64,000 nt of DNA from Rudaea sp. (GCA_036496665.1 DASXKR010000039.1:15-64014); one strand, 5' to 3'; numbered from the stretch's first letter, positions 42,086-52,358 are shown. Program-made: numbers and translations. Notes: a model not told the origin generated them from the sequence alone.

Positions 42086-42799
42086 ATGCGCGTACTCCTG
42101 GTCGAAGACGAAGCTCCACTGCGCGAAACCCTGGCTGCGCGCCTGAAGCGCGACGGCTTTGCCGTCGACGCAGCGGCCGACGGCGAGGAAGGCCTGTATC
42201 TCGGACGTGAAGTGCCGTTCGACATCGCGATCATCGACCTGGGCCTGCCGAAGAAATCCGGCATGGACCTGGTCAAGGAACTGCGCGAAGCCGGCCAGAA
42301 ATTCCCGATCCTCATCCTGACCGCGCGCTCGAGCTGGCAGGACAAGGTGCAGGGTCTCAAGCACGGCGCCGACGACTACCTGGTCAAGCCATTTCACGTC
42401 GAGGAGCTGCTCGCGCGCATCAACGCGCTGGTGCGTCGCGCGAGCGGCTGGACCAAGCCGTTGCTCGAGTGCGGGCCGATCGTGCTCGACACGACGGCGC
42501 AAACGGTGCACGTCAACGGCCAGCCGGCCGACCTGACCAGCTACGAGTACAAAGTGCTCGAGTATCTGATGCTGCATGCTGGCGAGCTCGTCTCGAAGGC
42601 CGATCTCACCGAGCACATCTACCAGCAGGATTTCGATCGCGACTCGAACGTTCTCGAGGTGTTCATCGGTCGGCTGCGACGCAAACTCGACCCGGACAAT
42701 GCGCTCAAGCCGATCGAGACGGTGCGCGGCCGCGGCTATCGCTTCGCGATTCCGCGAAACGAAACCAGCGCTCCGGCAGCAGAGGCCGCCGTGCACTAA
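42086..42799 (+). CDS. phoP: Response regulator, PhoP-like
   Basis: LTARSSWQDKVQGL..DRDSNVLEVFIGRLRRKL; dusA-linked context. Confidence 0.8.
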   Translation: MRVLLVEDEAPLRETLAARLKRDGFAVDAAADGEEGLYLGREVPFDIAIIDLGLPKKSGMDLVKELREAGQKFPILILTARSSWQDKVQGLKHGADDYLVKPFHVEELLARINALVRRASGWTKPLLECGPIVLDTTAQTVHVNGQPADLTSYEYKVLEYLMLHAGELVSKADLTEHIYQQDFDRDSNVLEVFIGRLRRKLDPDNALKPIETVRGRGYRFAIPRNETSAPAAEAAVH

Positions 42800-42837
42800 G
42801 GCAATCCCGCGGCCGCGGCGCGGTACACTGCACCCAG

Positions 42838-43085
42838 GGAGGCTCTGAACAAAGTCTGCACAGGCGTCACCGATCTGTCTGTGTGCAGATTGAGGCGCGA
42901 CGGCGAAGGCAGACTGGCCGTCTATCGAGTCGGCGCACCGATGAGCTGCGCGCAGACAGATCGGCCCCAACGATATGATTTGAGTGCCGGGGTGATGTCC
43001 AGAAGGTCCGCAGCCCGCGCCACGCAACACGACCTGCGAACCTTCTGGACGTCACGCCGCCTGTGCAGACTTGTTCAGAGCCTCC
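42838..43085. mobile_element. IS5-like MITE (~250 bp) between phoP and phoQ
   Basis: ~29-bp terminal inverted repeats (42837-42866/43058-43086, one indel), two long internal hairpins, CCAG/CCAA flanks. Confidence 0.8.
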
Positions 43086-43088
43086 CCA

Positions 43089-44489
43089 ATGGCATCCGTC
43101 GCGCACCGCCCGCTTTCGCTGCAAGCCCGCTCGCTGCTCGCCGCCGGCGTCGCGCTCACCGCGTTCCTCGGATTGACCGGTTTCGCGCTCGACGCGGCGA
43201 TCTACGAAACGCTGCGCACGGCGCTGCATGATCGCCTGCAAAGCTACGCATTCGGCTACCTCGCCGGCTCCGAAGTGTCGCGCGCGCACCGCTGGCTGCC
43301 GCCCGAGGTCGGGCCCGATCCACGCTTCGACCGGCCCGGCAGCGGCCTGTATGCCGGCGTCGTCGCGCCGGTCGAAGTCGACGGCGTGCGCCAGGACAAT
43401 TGGCGTTCGCAGTCGGCCACCGGAATGGATCTGCCGCTTTCGGCGACGTTGCCTCCGAACACCACCGAATTCGCTCTGCACGACAGCCCGAGCGGCAAGG
43501 TCTATGTATTCAGCATCGGCGTGCGCGACTGGGACCCGGCCAACCGCGGCGCGGTCGACCTGACGCTGCACATCGCCGAGGACACCGCGAATCTGCGCGC
43601 GCAGCTCGATGTATTCCGCCGCACGCTGCTGGTCTACCTTGGCGGCCTCGGCCTGCTGCTGCTCGCGCTGTTGATGGCGACGTTGCGCTGGAGCCTGCAC
43701 CCGCTGCGGCGCGTAGCTACGGACCTGGCGCGGGTCGAACGCGGCGAACAGGATCGCCTTTCCGAGCACTATCCGCTCGAATTGTCCGGCCTGGCGACCA
43801 ATCTCAACGAGTTCATCGAAAGTGAACGCGATCACCTGGCGCGTTACCGCAACAACCTGGCCGATCTGGCGCACAGCCTGAAGACGCCGCTGGCGGTGAT
43901 GCGCAGCCAGCTCGAGTCGGGCGCCGAGGGCGAAAAATTCCGCTGGACCGTGCTCGAGCAGGTCGGCCGCATGGATCAGATCGTCGCCTACCAGTTGTCG
44001 CGCGCCGCCACGTCGGGGCACACGACGTTCGTCGCACCGATCCGCATTGAGGCGCATGCCGAGGAAGTGGTCGGCAGCCTGGAAAAAGTATACGCGGCGC
44101 GCCGGATCATCTGCGAATTCGAAATCGATGCGCAGGCCGTGTTCTACGGCGAAATGGGCGACCTGCTCGAGCTGCTCGGCAACCTGATCGAAAATGCCTT
44201 CAAGTGGGCGAAGCAGCGCGTGCTCGTGTCGGCACGTCCGCTGCCGCAGGCGGACATGCGCCGGCCCGGCCTCGAGATCGTGGTCGAAGACGACGGCGAG
44301 GGCATTCCCGAGGACCAGGTCGACCACCTGCTGCAGCGTGGCGTGCGCGGCGACGAGCGCGTGCAGGGCCACGGCATCGGCCTGGCGATCGTCGAGGACC
44401 TGATCCGCGCCTATCGCGGCGAGTTGGCCGTCTCGCGCTCGCCCACTCTCGGCGGCGCGCGTTTCGCGATCCGTTTCAAGGCGAGCTGA
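43089..44489 (+). CDS. phoQ: Sensor histidine kinase, PhoQ-like
   Basis: RYRNNLADLAHSLKTPL, GNLIENAFKW, RGVRGDE..GHGIGL. Confidence 0.8.
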   Translation: MASVAHRPLSLQARSLLAAGVALTAFLGLTGFALDAAIYETLRTALHDRLQSYAFGYLAGSEVSRAHRWLPPEVGPDPRFDRPGSGLYAGVVAPVEVDGVRQDNWRSQSATGMDLPLSATLPPNTTEFALHDSPSGKVYVFSIGVRDWDPANRGAVDLTLHIAEDTANLRAQLDVFRRTLLVYLGGLGLLLLALLMATLRWSLHPLRRVATDLARVERGEQDRLSEHYPLELSGLATNLNEFIESERDHLARYRNNLADLAHSLKTPLAVMRSQLESGAEGEKFRWTVLEQVGRMDQIVAYQLSRAATSGHTTFVAPIRIEAHAEEVVGSLEKVYAARRIICEFEIDAQAVFYGEMGDLLELLGNLIENAFKWAKQRVLVSARPLPQADMRRPGLEIVVEDDGEGIPEDQVDHLLQRGVRGDERVQGHGIGLAIVEDLIRAYRGELAVSRSPTLGGARFAIRFKAS

Positions 44490-45690
44490 CCGCGGCGCCC
44501 TCGCCCGCCGCGCGACCGGTAACGGTGCGCAGGGCTGCCGGCGGCACACGGATCGGCGCGACGCCAAAGGCGCGTGCCGCTTCGATGTCGATCAGCGCAT
44601 AGTCGGGACGATGGCGGTTGTCCAGGCGCGCCGCATCGTGTGCATGCCGGCGTGCCCCGGCGTCGAGCGCAGCGACAAACCCGGCAAGACCGAGACGGCG
44701 CGCAGCGGTCGGGTCGAAGCCGGCGGCAAATTCCGGTGTCGCATCAAGCCGGGGTGACGGCGCGCCGAGCAGGGTTGTCTCCAGATAGGCGGTGTGCGAC
44801 GCCGCAGCATCGGTATAGAAGCCGACGAAGGCGTGGCCGGGGACCAGAACCAGGAAACTGCGCAAGCCGATGCGCTGCAGCGCCGAGGCGATCAGCACGC
44901 TGCCGTCGACGCAATTGGCCGAGCGATCGGCCCAGGTCTGATCGAGCAGGCGCACGTGCTGGCTGAAAACGAGCGGCCCGCGCGCGATCCCCGGATCGGC
45001 CGTCGAGTAGCGGATGCCGCGCTCCGCTAGCGCCTGCCATACCGCCCACACCTGCCGATAGACCGCGGCGGCGCTGCCGCTGTAGCCGTCGAACGTTTCC
45101 ACAATTCCATTTTGCAGCGCCATGCCGATGATCCGGTCGACTACCGCGTCGTGCTCGTCCACGTAGGCGGCAAAGATCCAGCTCAGGTCGACCGAATCGC
45201 GCCCGTCACGCACGAAGTAGAGCGCTTCGGACAGTGGCCGCAGACTGGCGACGCGCGTGATCCGGCCGGCGGCGACGCCGTCGCGCGTCAGCTGGAACCG
45301 CAGCGCCACAGTGCGCGCAACAGCATCCGTGGCGCCGAGAGCAGCCAAGTCCCATGCAAGCGGCGGGCGCAATTCATAGTTGACGCCGGCATTGGCCAGG
45401 GTCGCCTGGACCGACACAGGCGACTGCAACCCGGGCGCATCGACATCGACGCGTACCTGTTCGTCGGCGTGGCGTGCATGCACTTTCACCGCAACCAGGC
45501 CGCTGCCGCTGCCGAATACATGACCCGGAGACGCTGCCGCCGGCGGCGACGGAATGCGCGACAATTCGAGCACCGGATAGAGCTGATCGTACGGCGTGAT
45601 GCGCACACTCCAGTCCGCGCCGCCGGCACGCGCGGCTGCGCCCGCCGCGAACAGCGCGGCGAGCACACCGGCAATGAATATTGAACGCAT
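44476..45690 (-). CDS. Secreted protein with transglutaminase-like Cys-His-Glu motifs
   Basis: Signal peptide; ANCVDGS, VPGHAFVG, YLETT. Confidence 0.7.
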   Translation of the reverse strand: MRSIFIAGVLAALFAAGAAARAGGADWSVRITPYDQLYPVLELSRIPSPPAAASPGHVFGSGSGLVAVKVHARHADEQVRVDVDAPGLQSPVSVQATLANAGVNYELRPPLAWDLAALGATDAVARTVALRFQLTRDGVAAGRITRVASLRPLSEALYFVRDGRDSVDLSWIFAAYVDEHDAVVDRIIGMALQNGIVETFDGYSGSAAAVYRQVWAVWQALAERGIRYSTADPGIARGPLVFSQHVRLLDQTWADRSANCVDGSVLIASALQRIGLRSFLVLVPGHAFVGFYTDAAASHTAYLETTLLGAPSPRLDATPEFAAGFDPTAARRLGLAGFVAALDAGARRHAHDAARLDNRHRPDYALIDIEAARAFGVAPIRVPPAALRTVTGRAAGEGAAVSSP

Positions 45691-45817
45691 CGTCACAGCT
45701 TGGCCGAATCCGCCTGAAATGACGCAGAACATCGCAGGATTGCGCGCGGCGCAGCCTCGGGCTATCGTGGCGCCCCGTCGCGCGCTCGCGCAGTCCTTCA
45801 TCTTCACGGAGTAGATC

Positions 45818-46237
45818 ATGTCACGCATTGCCGTCGCGTTCCTTGCGCCACTGCTCGCCATCGGCGCCGCCCAAGCTGCAGGCGCGCCCGGCGGCTGCGG
45901 CGACCAGAGCAAGGTGCCGGCTGATCAGCGTGTGACCAACACGGCGCGCTGGACGACGGCCAGCGAAGCGGACACGTTCGCCTACGACGTCTATCGCAGC
46001 GATTCGGAAAACGGCAAGTTCATCCGCATCACCAAGAAACCGATCCTCGGCAACGGCACGACGTCGGAAACGCACAAATACGAGTTCGTCGACGATACGA
46101 TCGATCCGTGCAAGGAATACTGGTACTACGTCGAAGAGATCACGACCGGCGGCGAGCGCGTCAAGTTCACCTCGGAATTCAAGGCCAAGGCCAAGCGCAG
46201 CTCCACAACGCCGGCGGCAGACACCAAGGGCCATTGA
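45818..46237 (+). CDS. Small secreted Ig/FN3-like protein
   Basis: GGAG RBS; signal peptide; WTTASE..YDVYRS..YEFVD..YWYYVE. Confidence 0.8.
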   Translation: MSRIAVAFLAPLLAIGAAQAAGAPGGCGDQSKVPADQRVTNTARWTTASEADTFAYDVYRSDSENGKFIRITKKPILGNGTTSETHKYEFVDDTIDPCKEYWYYVEEITTGGERVKFTSEFKAKAKRSSTTPAADTKGH

Positions 46238-46339
46238 CGTTGCCGTTCGCGGCGGGCAAGTCGCGTTGCACACCGCAATCCGACGCGCGCATCGCGGCGC
46301 GGCTGTCGCTGACCTGCGCATGGCTGTCGTGAGCGCCTG

Positions 46340-47101
46340 ATGCGCCTGCATCTGATCGAGCTGATCCTGTTCTCGACCTACGCCGAACTGCGTGCCGAAC
46401 GCGCGCGCTCCTATCTGGGCCTGCTCTGGTGGATCGTCGAGCCGGCGATGAACATGGCGACTTTCTATCTGGTATTCGCCGTGATCTTCAAGAGCGGCCA
46501 GGCGGACTACGTGCCGTTCCTTCTGATCGGCCTGACCCTGTGGCAGTGGTTCAAGTCGTGCATCAGCCACGGCGGCTACTCGATCTGGCAGCAGCTGCCG
46601 CTGATCCGCCAGGTCAAGCTGCCGCTGCAGGTGTTTCCGAGCGTGCAGATCCTCGCCGACACGGTGAAGTTCCTTTGCATTCTCGTGCTGCTGCTGGTCA
46701 TCCTGTGGTGCAGCGGCTATCCGCCGAACATTACCTATCTGGCGCTGCTGCCCGTACTGCTGGTCGAGCTGATCTTCGTCGCCGCGACGACTTACATGGT
46801 CGCCGCGGTCGTGCCGTTGGTGCCCGATCTGCGTTTCGTCATCGAACAGGTGCTGAACGTGGTCATGTTCCTGTCCGGCATCGTGTTCTCGCTGGACGGA
46901 TTGCCGCCCGCGCTGCGCCGCTGGTTCGCGCTGAACCCGATCGTCGAACTGGTCGATGCCGGCCGTGGCATCCTGATGCACGCGCAGTGGCCGGACTGGT
47001 TCGCACTCGGGCGCGTCACGCTGATCTCGCTCGTGCTGTATGCACTTGGCGCATTCCTGATCGAACGGCTGACACCGCGCTACGTAAAGCTGCCGACGTG
47101 A
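46340..47101 (+). CDS. Polysaccharide ABC exporter permease (Wzm-like)
   Basis: SYLGLLWWIVEP, MFLSGIVF, LNPIVELV. Confidence 0.9.
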   Translation: MRLHLIELILFSTYAELRAERARSYLGLLWWIVEPAMNMATFYLVFAVIFKSGQADYVPFLLIGLTLWQWFKSCISHGGYSIWQQLPLIRQVKLPLQVFPSVQILADTVKFLCILVLLLVILWCSGYPPNITYLALLPVLLVELIFVAATTYMVAAVVPLVPDLRFVIEQVLNVVMFLSGIVFSLDGLPPALRRWFALNPIVELVDAGRGILMHAQWPDWFALGRVTLISLVLYALGAFLIERLTPRYVKLPT

Positions 47102-47814
47102 GCGAACCGATCATCCACCTCGAAAACGTCGGCGTCGCGTTCAATGCGCAGCTGCGTGTCGGCAGTCCACGCTTCTGGGCACTCGAAGATGTCAGCCTGA
47201 GTCTCGCGCGCGGAGACCGCCTCGGTGTGGTCGGCCGCAACGGCTGCGGCAAGAGCACGCTGCTGCGCACGATTGCCGGCATCGTCACGCCCGATCGCGG
47301 CCGCCTGACGCGCGCACCGGTCTCATGTCAGCTGCTGTCGCTGACGCTCGGTTTCGTGCCGCATCTGTCCGGGCGCGACAATGCGGTGCTGTCCGGCCTG
47401 ATGCTCGGCCTGCGCCGGCGCGAAATCGTCAGCCGCCTGCCGGCGATCTTCGAATTTTCCGAACTCGGCGATTTCTTCGACCAGCCGATTTCGAGCTATT
47501 CGACCGGCATGCTGATGCGCCTGGGCTTCTCGGTGGCGATACAGGTCGACCCCGACGTGCTGCTGATCGACGAAGTGCTCGCGGTCGGCGATGCCGAGTT
47601 CCAGGAAAAATCCGGCGCCGCGCTGCGCGCGCGCATTGCCGGCGGTTCGACCGTGGTGTTTGTCTCGCACGGCGATGCACAGATCCGCCAGATCTGCGAT
47701 CGTGCGCTGTGGCTCGAGCACGGCCGCAGCATGGTCGATGGACCGGTCGACGAAGTGCTCGCCGCCTACCATGCGGCACAGCAGGCCGGTGCCGCAAGCA
47801 CCGCAGGCGGGTGA
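47098..47814 (+). CDS. Polysaccharide ABC exporter ATPase (Wzt-like, no C-terminal CBM)
   Basis: GRNGCGKST, YSTGM, DEVLAVGD; GTG overlaps wzm stop. Confidence 0.9.
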   Translation: MSEPIIHLENVGVAFNAQLRVGSPRFWALEDVSLSLARGDRLGVVGRNGCGKSTLLRTIAGIVTPDRGRLTRAPVSCQLLSLTLGFVPHLSGRDNAVLSGLMLGLRRREIVSRLPAIFEFSELGDFFDQPISSYSTGMLMRLGFSVAIQVDPDVLLIDEVLAVGDAEFQEKSGAALRARIAGGSTVVFVSHGDAQIRQICDRALWLEHGRSMVDGPVDEVLAAYHAAQQAGAASTAGG

Positions 47815-47815
47815 C

Positions 47816-49372
47816 GTGCCGCCGGCCGGCCGCGACGGCGATTGCCCCGAATCGATTCGCTTCGAGTGGCTCGGCTGGGACAGCCGCTCGCTGCGCTGGC
47901 GCGTGAGCTGCGTCGCCGCGACAACGATCGAACTGCATCTCGACGACGTCGTCTTCCAACGCTACCCGTGCGCTCCCGGCGACGCGGAATTCGACTGTAC
48001 GTTCGACTATTCGCCAACCGGGAACGCCGAGCTTGCATTCACGCTCAGCGGCGCTGACGGTGCGACCGCAAGCGCCGCGTGGCGAGTGCTTCTTGGCATG
48101 TCCGCACAAGGCGGCGCCGACCAGTGGACCCGGCAGCAGCCGCATCTGTCTGCTCTGGCCGGCACGCCGCGACTGCCGCGGCGCGCGCTGGCGGAGCTGC
48201 CCGCGGTCGCCGTCGTCGTGCCGATCTACAACGCGGCCGACAGCGTGCGCCGCTGCCTCGCCGCACTCGAGCGCTGGACGCCGGCATCGGCGCGCTGGAT
48301 CCTCGTCGACGACGCCAGCAGCGATGCGGCGATCGCGCCGCTGCTGGCGCATCATGCGCAACGCGCCGGCGTGCAGGTACTGCGTCACGACGTCAACCGC
48401 GGCTACACGCGCGGCATCAACACCGGCATTGCGGCCGCCGGCGACGCGGACGTCGTGCTGCTCAACAGCGATACCGAAGTCGGCCCGCGCTGGCTCGAAT
48501 CGCTGCGCCTTGCCGCCTACGGCGACGACACGATCGGCACGGTCACCGCGGTGTCGGACAATGCCGGCGCCTTCAGCGTGCCGGAACTCGAACAGTATTG
48601 CCCGACGCCGTCGCGCTGGAATCTCGTCGAGGCGCAACGCGCCGTGCTGCAGCAGGCCGGACTGCGCTTTCCGGAACTGCCGACCGGCAACGGCTTCTGC
48701 CTGTTCATCAAACGCGCCGTGATCGCGCGCATCGGTATCATGGATGCCGATGCGTTCCCGGCCGGCTACGGCGAGGAAAACGACTTCTGCCAGCGCGCGA
48801 TCGACGCCGGCTATCGCAACGTGATCGCCGGCAGCGTGCTGGTGCGGCACGAACGCAGCGCCAGTTTCGGCGATGCGCGCCGCGCCACGCTCGGCGCGCA
48901 GGGCATGGCCGTGTTACGCCGGCGTTATCCCCGCTACGAGGCCGATGTCGGTGCGACATTGTATAGTTTTGAACGGCGCGCACTCGACTACCGCGTGCGT
49001 CGCACCTGGGCCGGCAGCGACGCGTACTACGCACGGCAGGCGCCGCGGCCGCGCCTGCTGATCGCCGGCCCCGAGCCGGGCAGCGGCGCCGCGCCGCTCA
49101 TGCGCAGCTGCGAGATTTTCGTGCTGCAACAGCATCCGTCCCTGCGTCTGCACCGGCTCGCTGCCGACGGTGTTGCTTTTGACATCGCCGCGGCCGGCAC
49201 GGCCGCATGCGCTACACCAGCCGGCCGGATTCGCGCCTGGCTGATCGCCTGCGCGATCGAGCAGGTACTGATAACGGCGTCGGACCCCTTTGGCGTGCTG
49301 GTTGGAAGCCTTGCCGGCGAGCTCGGCATTCCGCTGGCCGGCGAGGCAACGCGGCTGGCCTCTGCCGTCTGA
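47816..49372 (+). CDS. Glycosyltransferase family 2
   Basis: VVVPIYNA, VDDASSD, LLNSDTEV, YGEENDFCQR; start uncertain. Confidence 0.88.
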   Translation: MPPAGRDGDCPESIRFEWLGWDSRSLRWRVSCVAATTIELHLDDVVFQRYPCAPGDAEFDCTFDYSPTGNAELAFTLSGADGATASAAWRVLLGMSAQGGADQWTRQQPHLSALAGTPRLPRRALAELPAVAVVVPIYNAADSVRRCLAALERWTPASARWILVDDASSDAAIAPLLAHHAQRAGVQVLRHDVNRGYTRGINTGIAAAGDADVVLLNSDTEVGPRWLESLRLAAYGDDTIGTVTAVSDNAGAFSVPELEQYCPTPSRWNLVEAQRAVLQQAGLRFPELPTGNGFCLFIKRAVIARIGIMDADAFPAGYGEENDFCQRAIDAGYRNVIAGSVLVRHERSASFGDARRATLGAQGMAVLRRRYPRYEADVGATLYSFERRALDYRVRRTWAGSDAYYARQAPRPRLLIAGPEPGSGAAPLMRSCEIFVLQQHPSLRLHRLAADGVAFDIAAAGTAACATPAGRIRAWLIACAIEQVLITASDPFGVLVGSLAGELGIPLAGEATRLASAV

Positions 49373-49559
49373 CGCACCTGCGCGGGCAGCGCACACTGCT
49401 CAAACCGAGGCGACTTGCAGCGCCATGCGACATTGCATTGGCCCCGGGCGTTCTTTAGTATCGCGGCCGGCGGCCGTGTGACTGGACCGAACTTCTGCCA
49501 AGCCTCGAAGTCTTTGCTGCGTCCGCCTTCGGACTCATCGACACACACCCTGAGCCCGA

Positions 49560-52346
49560 ATGACGAACGCCAGCCGAATCAGCGCGCGAACCCGAAGCCG
49601 CTTCCACCTCCCTCCGATCGCGCTGCCCGTGCTGCTGGCCGGCGCCGCATTGGCAGTGCCGCAGTCCGCCTGGGCGTGTTCCGGCGGATTGCACGTCGAG
49701 ATCAAGGATTCCGGCGTCTATGCGCTCGATTACGAGACGATCGTCGCGCAACAGCCGGCGCTTGCCGATTGTCCGGCCGATACCCTGGCGCTGCGCAACC
49801 GCGACAACGAAGTTCCGCTTCGCATCCAAAGCGCCGACGGCAGCTTCGGGCCCGGCGCGCGCATCGAATGGGTCGCGCAGATGCTGCACGGTCCCGGCAG
49901 CTGGTTCGATGCCTATTCCAACGTCAATGTCTACCAGCTGGTCACGGCACCCGGCGAACACGCGCGCATGCGCGAGATGGGCAGTGCCGGCAGCGGTGCA
50001 TCGGTGCCGTTGCAGCGCAGCGCGCACTTCGAGCAGGAAAACCTGCTGCTGCGCCTGAGCGACCGCGACATGAAGCCCGGCGAAGAACCGGATGTCTGGC
50101 AATGGGCGAAGCTGACGCCGATCGATGCGCAGCCGTTCGACTGGACCTTCGACCTGGCCGATGTCGGCGCGACGCGCGGCAACGCGGTCCTGCACCTGGA
50201 CTTTCGAGGCGTATCGAGCATCGCAACGTCGACGGGCGCGATCAAGCCGCGTGATCACGTGGTCGAGATTTCGCTCAACGGCAAGACCCTGCCGCTGCAG
50301 AGCTGGGACGGCCGCGACGAAGTCAGGCGCGACCTCGATGTGCCGGTAGCGTCGCTCCGGCCAAAGAACAATGTCATTCGCCTGCGCGTGCCGATCCGCG
50401 ACACGCCCGACGGCAACTTCATCGTCGACGCCGTGACGTTCAACTGGTTCGCGCTCGACTACCCGGCGCGTGGCGACATCGACGCCGGCGACGGCGCATT
50501 CGTGGCGGGTGCCGGCGGCACGATCGAGATCGAGCATCGCGGCACCGACGCGCCGGAGCTGTTCGACGTCCGCGGCGGCCACCGCGTCGCCGCAGCCGCC
50601 GGCAAGGACCGCTGGCGCGCACCGGCCGATGCGAAGGTCGAGGTGTTCGCGGTCACCGCCGGGCGCACGCGCAAGCCGGAGATGGTGCGCGCCATTGCCG
50701 ACGGCGACCTGCGTGCGTCCGATCCCGGTTTCGACTATCTGATCGTCGCCCATCCGCGCCTGCTCGATGCGATTCAGCCGCTCGCGCAATACCACCGCGA
50801 GCACGGCCTGCGCGTCGAAGTTGCCGACGTCGATGCGGTCTACGACCAGTTCAACGGCGGCATCTCGCATCCGGCGGCAATTCGCAATCTGGTCGAATGG
50901 GGCACGCAGCACTGGCGGGTCAAGCCGCGCTATCTGCTGCTCGTCGGCGACGCCAGCGTCGACATCCATCACGACGTGCGCACCGAGCGTCTCAACCCTG
51001 AAGCGTACGCGCTGCGGCCGGAGCCGCGACCGGACGAAACCATACAACCGGGCGGGCTGTCGAACATGCCGACGACGTCGTACACGCGCTGGGATCCCGA
51101 CCTTGCCAATCGCAACCTGATTCCGACCTGGCAATATGCTTCGCCCGAAGGTCAGGCCGCCAGCGACAATGGCTTCGTCACGCTGAAGAAAGACGATTTC
51201 CATCCGAGCCTGGCGGTCGGCCGGCTGCCGGTGATCGAGCCGGCGGAGGTCAAGGCGATCGTCGACAAGACTCTGTCGTACATGACCCATCCGGCCCCCG
51301 GCGACTGGCGGCGCGAGGTGACTTTTGTCAGCACCGATGAAGTCAGGTCATTCAAGTCCGCGTCGGACAAGATCGCTGCCGATCTCGGCAGTCAGGGCTA
51401 CTCGATCAAGAGTCTGTATACCAAGCAGGACGCGTCCGAAGCGGCGTTCGCCAACGCCGAATTGAAGAAGGATCTCAATTCCGGCAACCTGCTGGTCCAC
51501 TTCCTCGGTCACGGCGGCGCCTACATCTGGCGCGTCGGCCCGCCCGCCGACCTGTTCACGCTCGACGATGTCAGCAACCTGACCAACACCGGTCGCTATC
51601 CGATGGTGCTGGCGATGACCTGTTTCTCGGCGCCGTTCGACAACCCGACCGAAGACTCGATCGGCGAACGCTTCCTGCGCGAAAGCGATCGCGGCGCCGT
51701 TGCCGTGTTCGCCGCATCCTGGACCAATTCCCCGAATCCGGTCTATTCAAAGGCACTGATCGACCAGCTGCTCGAGCCGGACCAGACCATCGGCGACGCG
51801 ATCGTCGCGGCCAAGCGTGGCGTGATGGATCGTACATTTGTGCAGATGTATAACCTGCTCGGCGATCCGGCCCTGGTGCTGACGCGTCCGCGCGGCAAGC
51901 TGCAGCTCGCACGCGGCAACGATCGCTGGAACGACCAGGTCATCGTGCGCGTGCCCGAGACGGCATTCGGCGGCGAGGTCGACGTCGACTGGGTCGACAT
52001 GGAGGGCAACACGTTGGAATCGCGCCGCTACGAAGCGCGCGACGCGCAGTTCGTGCTTGGCGTTCCATCCGCGAAGGCTGCGGAAGTCCGCGTCTATGCG
52101 GCCAATATACGCAGCGGCTACAGCGCGATCGGCAGCCTGCGCCTGATCGCGCTGCCCAAACCGCCACCGCCGCCGCGACCGCGGCCGGTGCCGAGAGGGC
52201 CGGTCGTTGCGCCGCCGGCGCCGGCCACAACGCCGACGCCGACTCGCACCAAACCGCTTGCCGACAGGATCGCCGCGCCAAAGTTCGAAACGTCGACGGC
52301 GCAGCACCAGAAAGCGTCCGTGGCCGGCGCCGTGGGACATTTCTAG
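49560..52346 (+). CDS. Secreted C25 (gingipain/PorU-like) cysteine peptidase
   Basis: DYLIVAH, VYDQFNGG, YLLLVGDAS, VGRLP, HFLGHGG (His), MTCFSAPFD (Cys), YNLLGDPAL. Confidence 0.88.
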   Translation: MTNASRISARTRSRFHLPPIALPVLLAGAALAVPQSAWACSGGLHVEIKDSGVYALDYETIVAQQPALADCPADTLALRNRDNEVPLRIQSADGSFGPGARIEWVAQMLHGPGSWFDAYSNVNVYQLVTAPGEHARMREMGSAGSGASVPLQRSAHFEQENLLLRLSDRDMKPGEEPDVWQWAKLTPIDAQPFDWTFDLADVGATRGNAVLHLDFRGVSSIATSTGAIKPRDHVVEISLNGKTLPLQSWDGRDEVRRDLDVPVASLRPKNNVIRLRVPIRDTPDGNFIVDAVTFNWFALDYPARGDIDAGDGAFVAGAGGTIEIEHRGTDAPELFDVRGGHRVAAAAGKDRWRAPADAKVEVFAVTAGRTRKPEMVRAIADGDLRASDPGFDYLIVAHPRLLDAIQPLAQYHREHGLRVEVADVDAVYDQFNGGISHPAAIRNLVEWGTQHWRVKPRYLLLVGDASVDIHHDVRTERLNPEAYALRPEPRPDETIQPGGLSNMPTTSYTRWDPDLANRNLIPTWQYASPEGQAASDNGFVTLKKDDFHPSLAVGRLPVIEPAEVKAIVDKTLSYMTHPAPGDWRREVTFVSTDEVRSFKSASDKIAADLGSQGYSIKSLYTKQDASEAAFANAELKKDLNSGNLLVHFLGHGGAYIWRVGPPADLFTLDDVSNLTNTGRYPMVLAMTCFSAPFDNPTEDSIGERFLRESDRGAVAVFAASWTNSPNPVYSKALIDQLLEPDQTIGDAIVAAKRGVMDRTFVQMYNLLGDPALVLTRPRGKLQLARGNDRWNDQVIVRVPETAFGGEVDVDWVDMEGNTLESRRYEARDAQFVLGVPSAKAAEVRVYAANIRSGYSAIGSLRLIALPKPPPPPRPRPVPRGPVVAPPAPATTPTPTRTKPLADRIAAPKFETSTAQHQKASVAGAVGHF

Positions 52347-52358
52347 GCGCGCCTCGCC

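Noticed and set aside
49455-51290. 611-aa minus-strand ORF
   Set aside because: Shadow of the C25 peptidase gene
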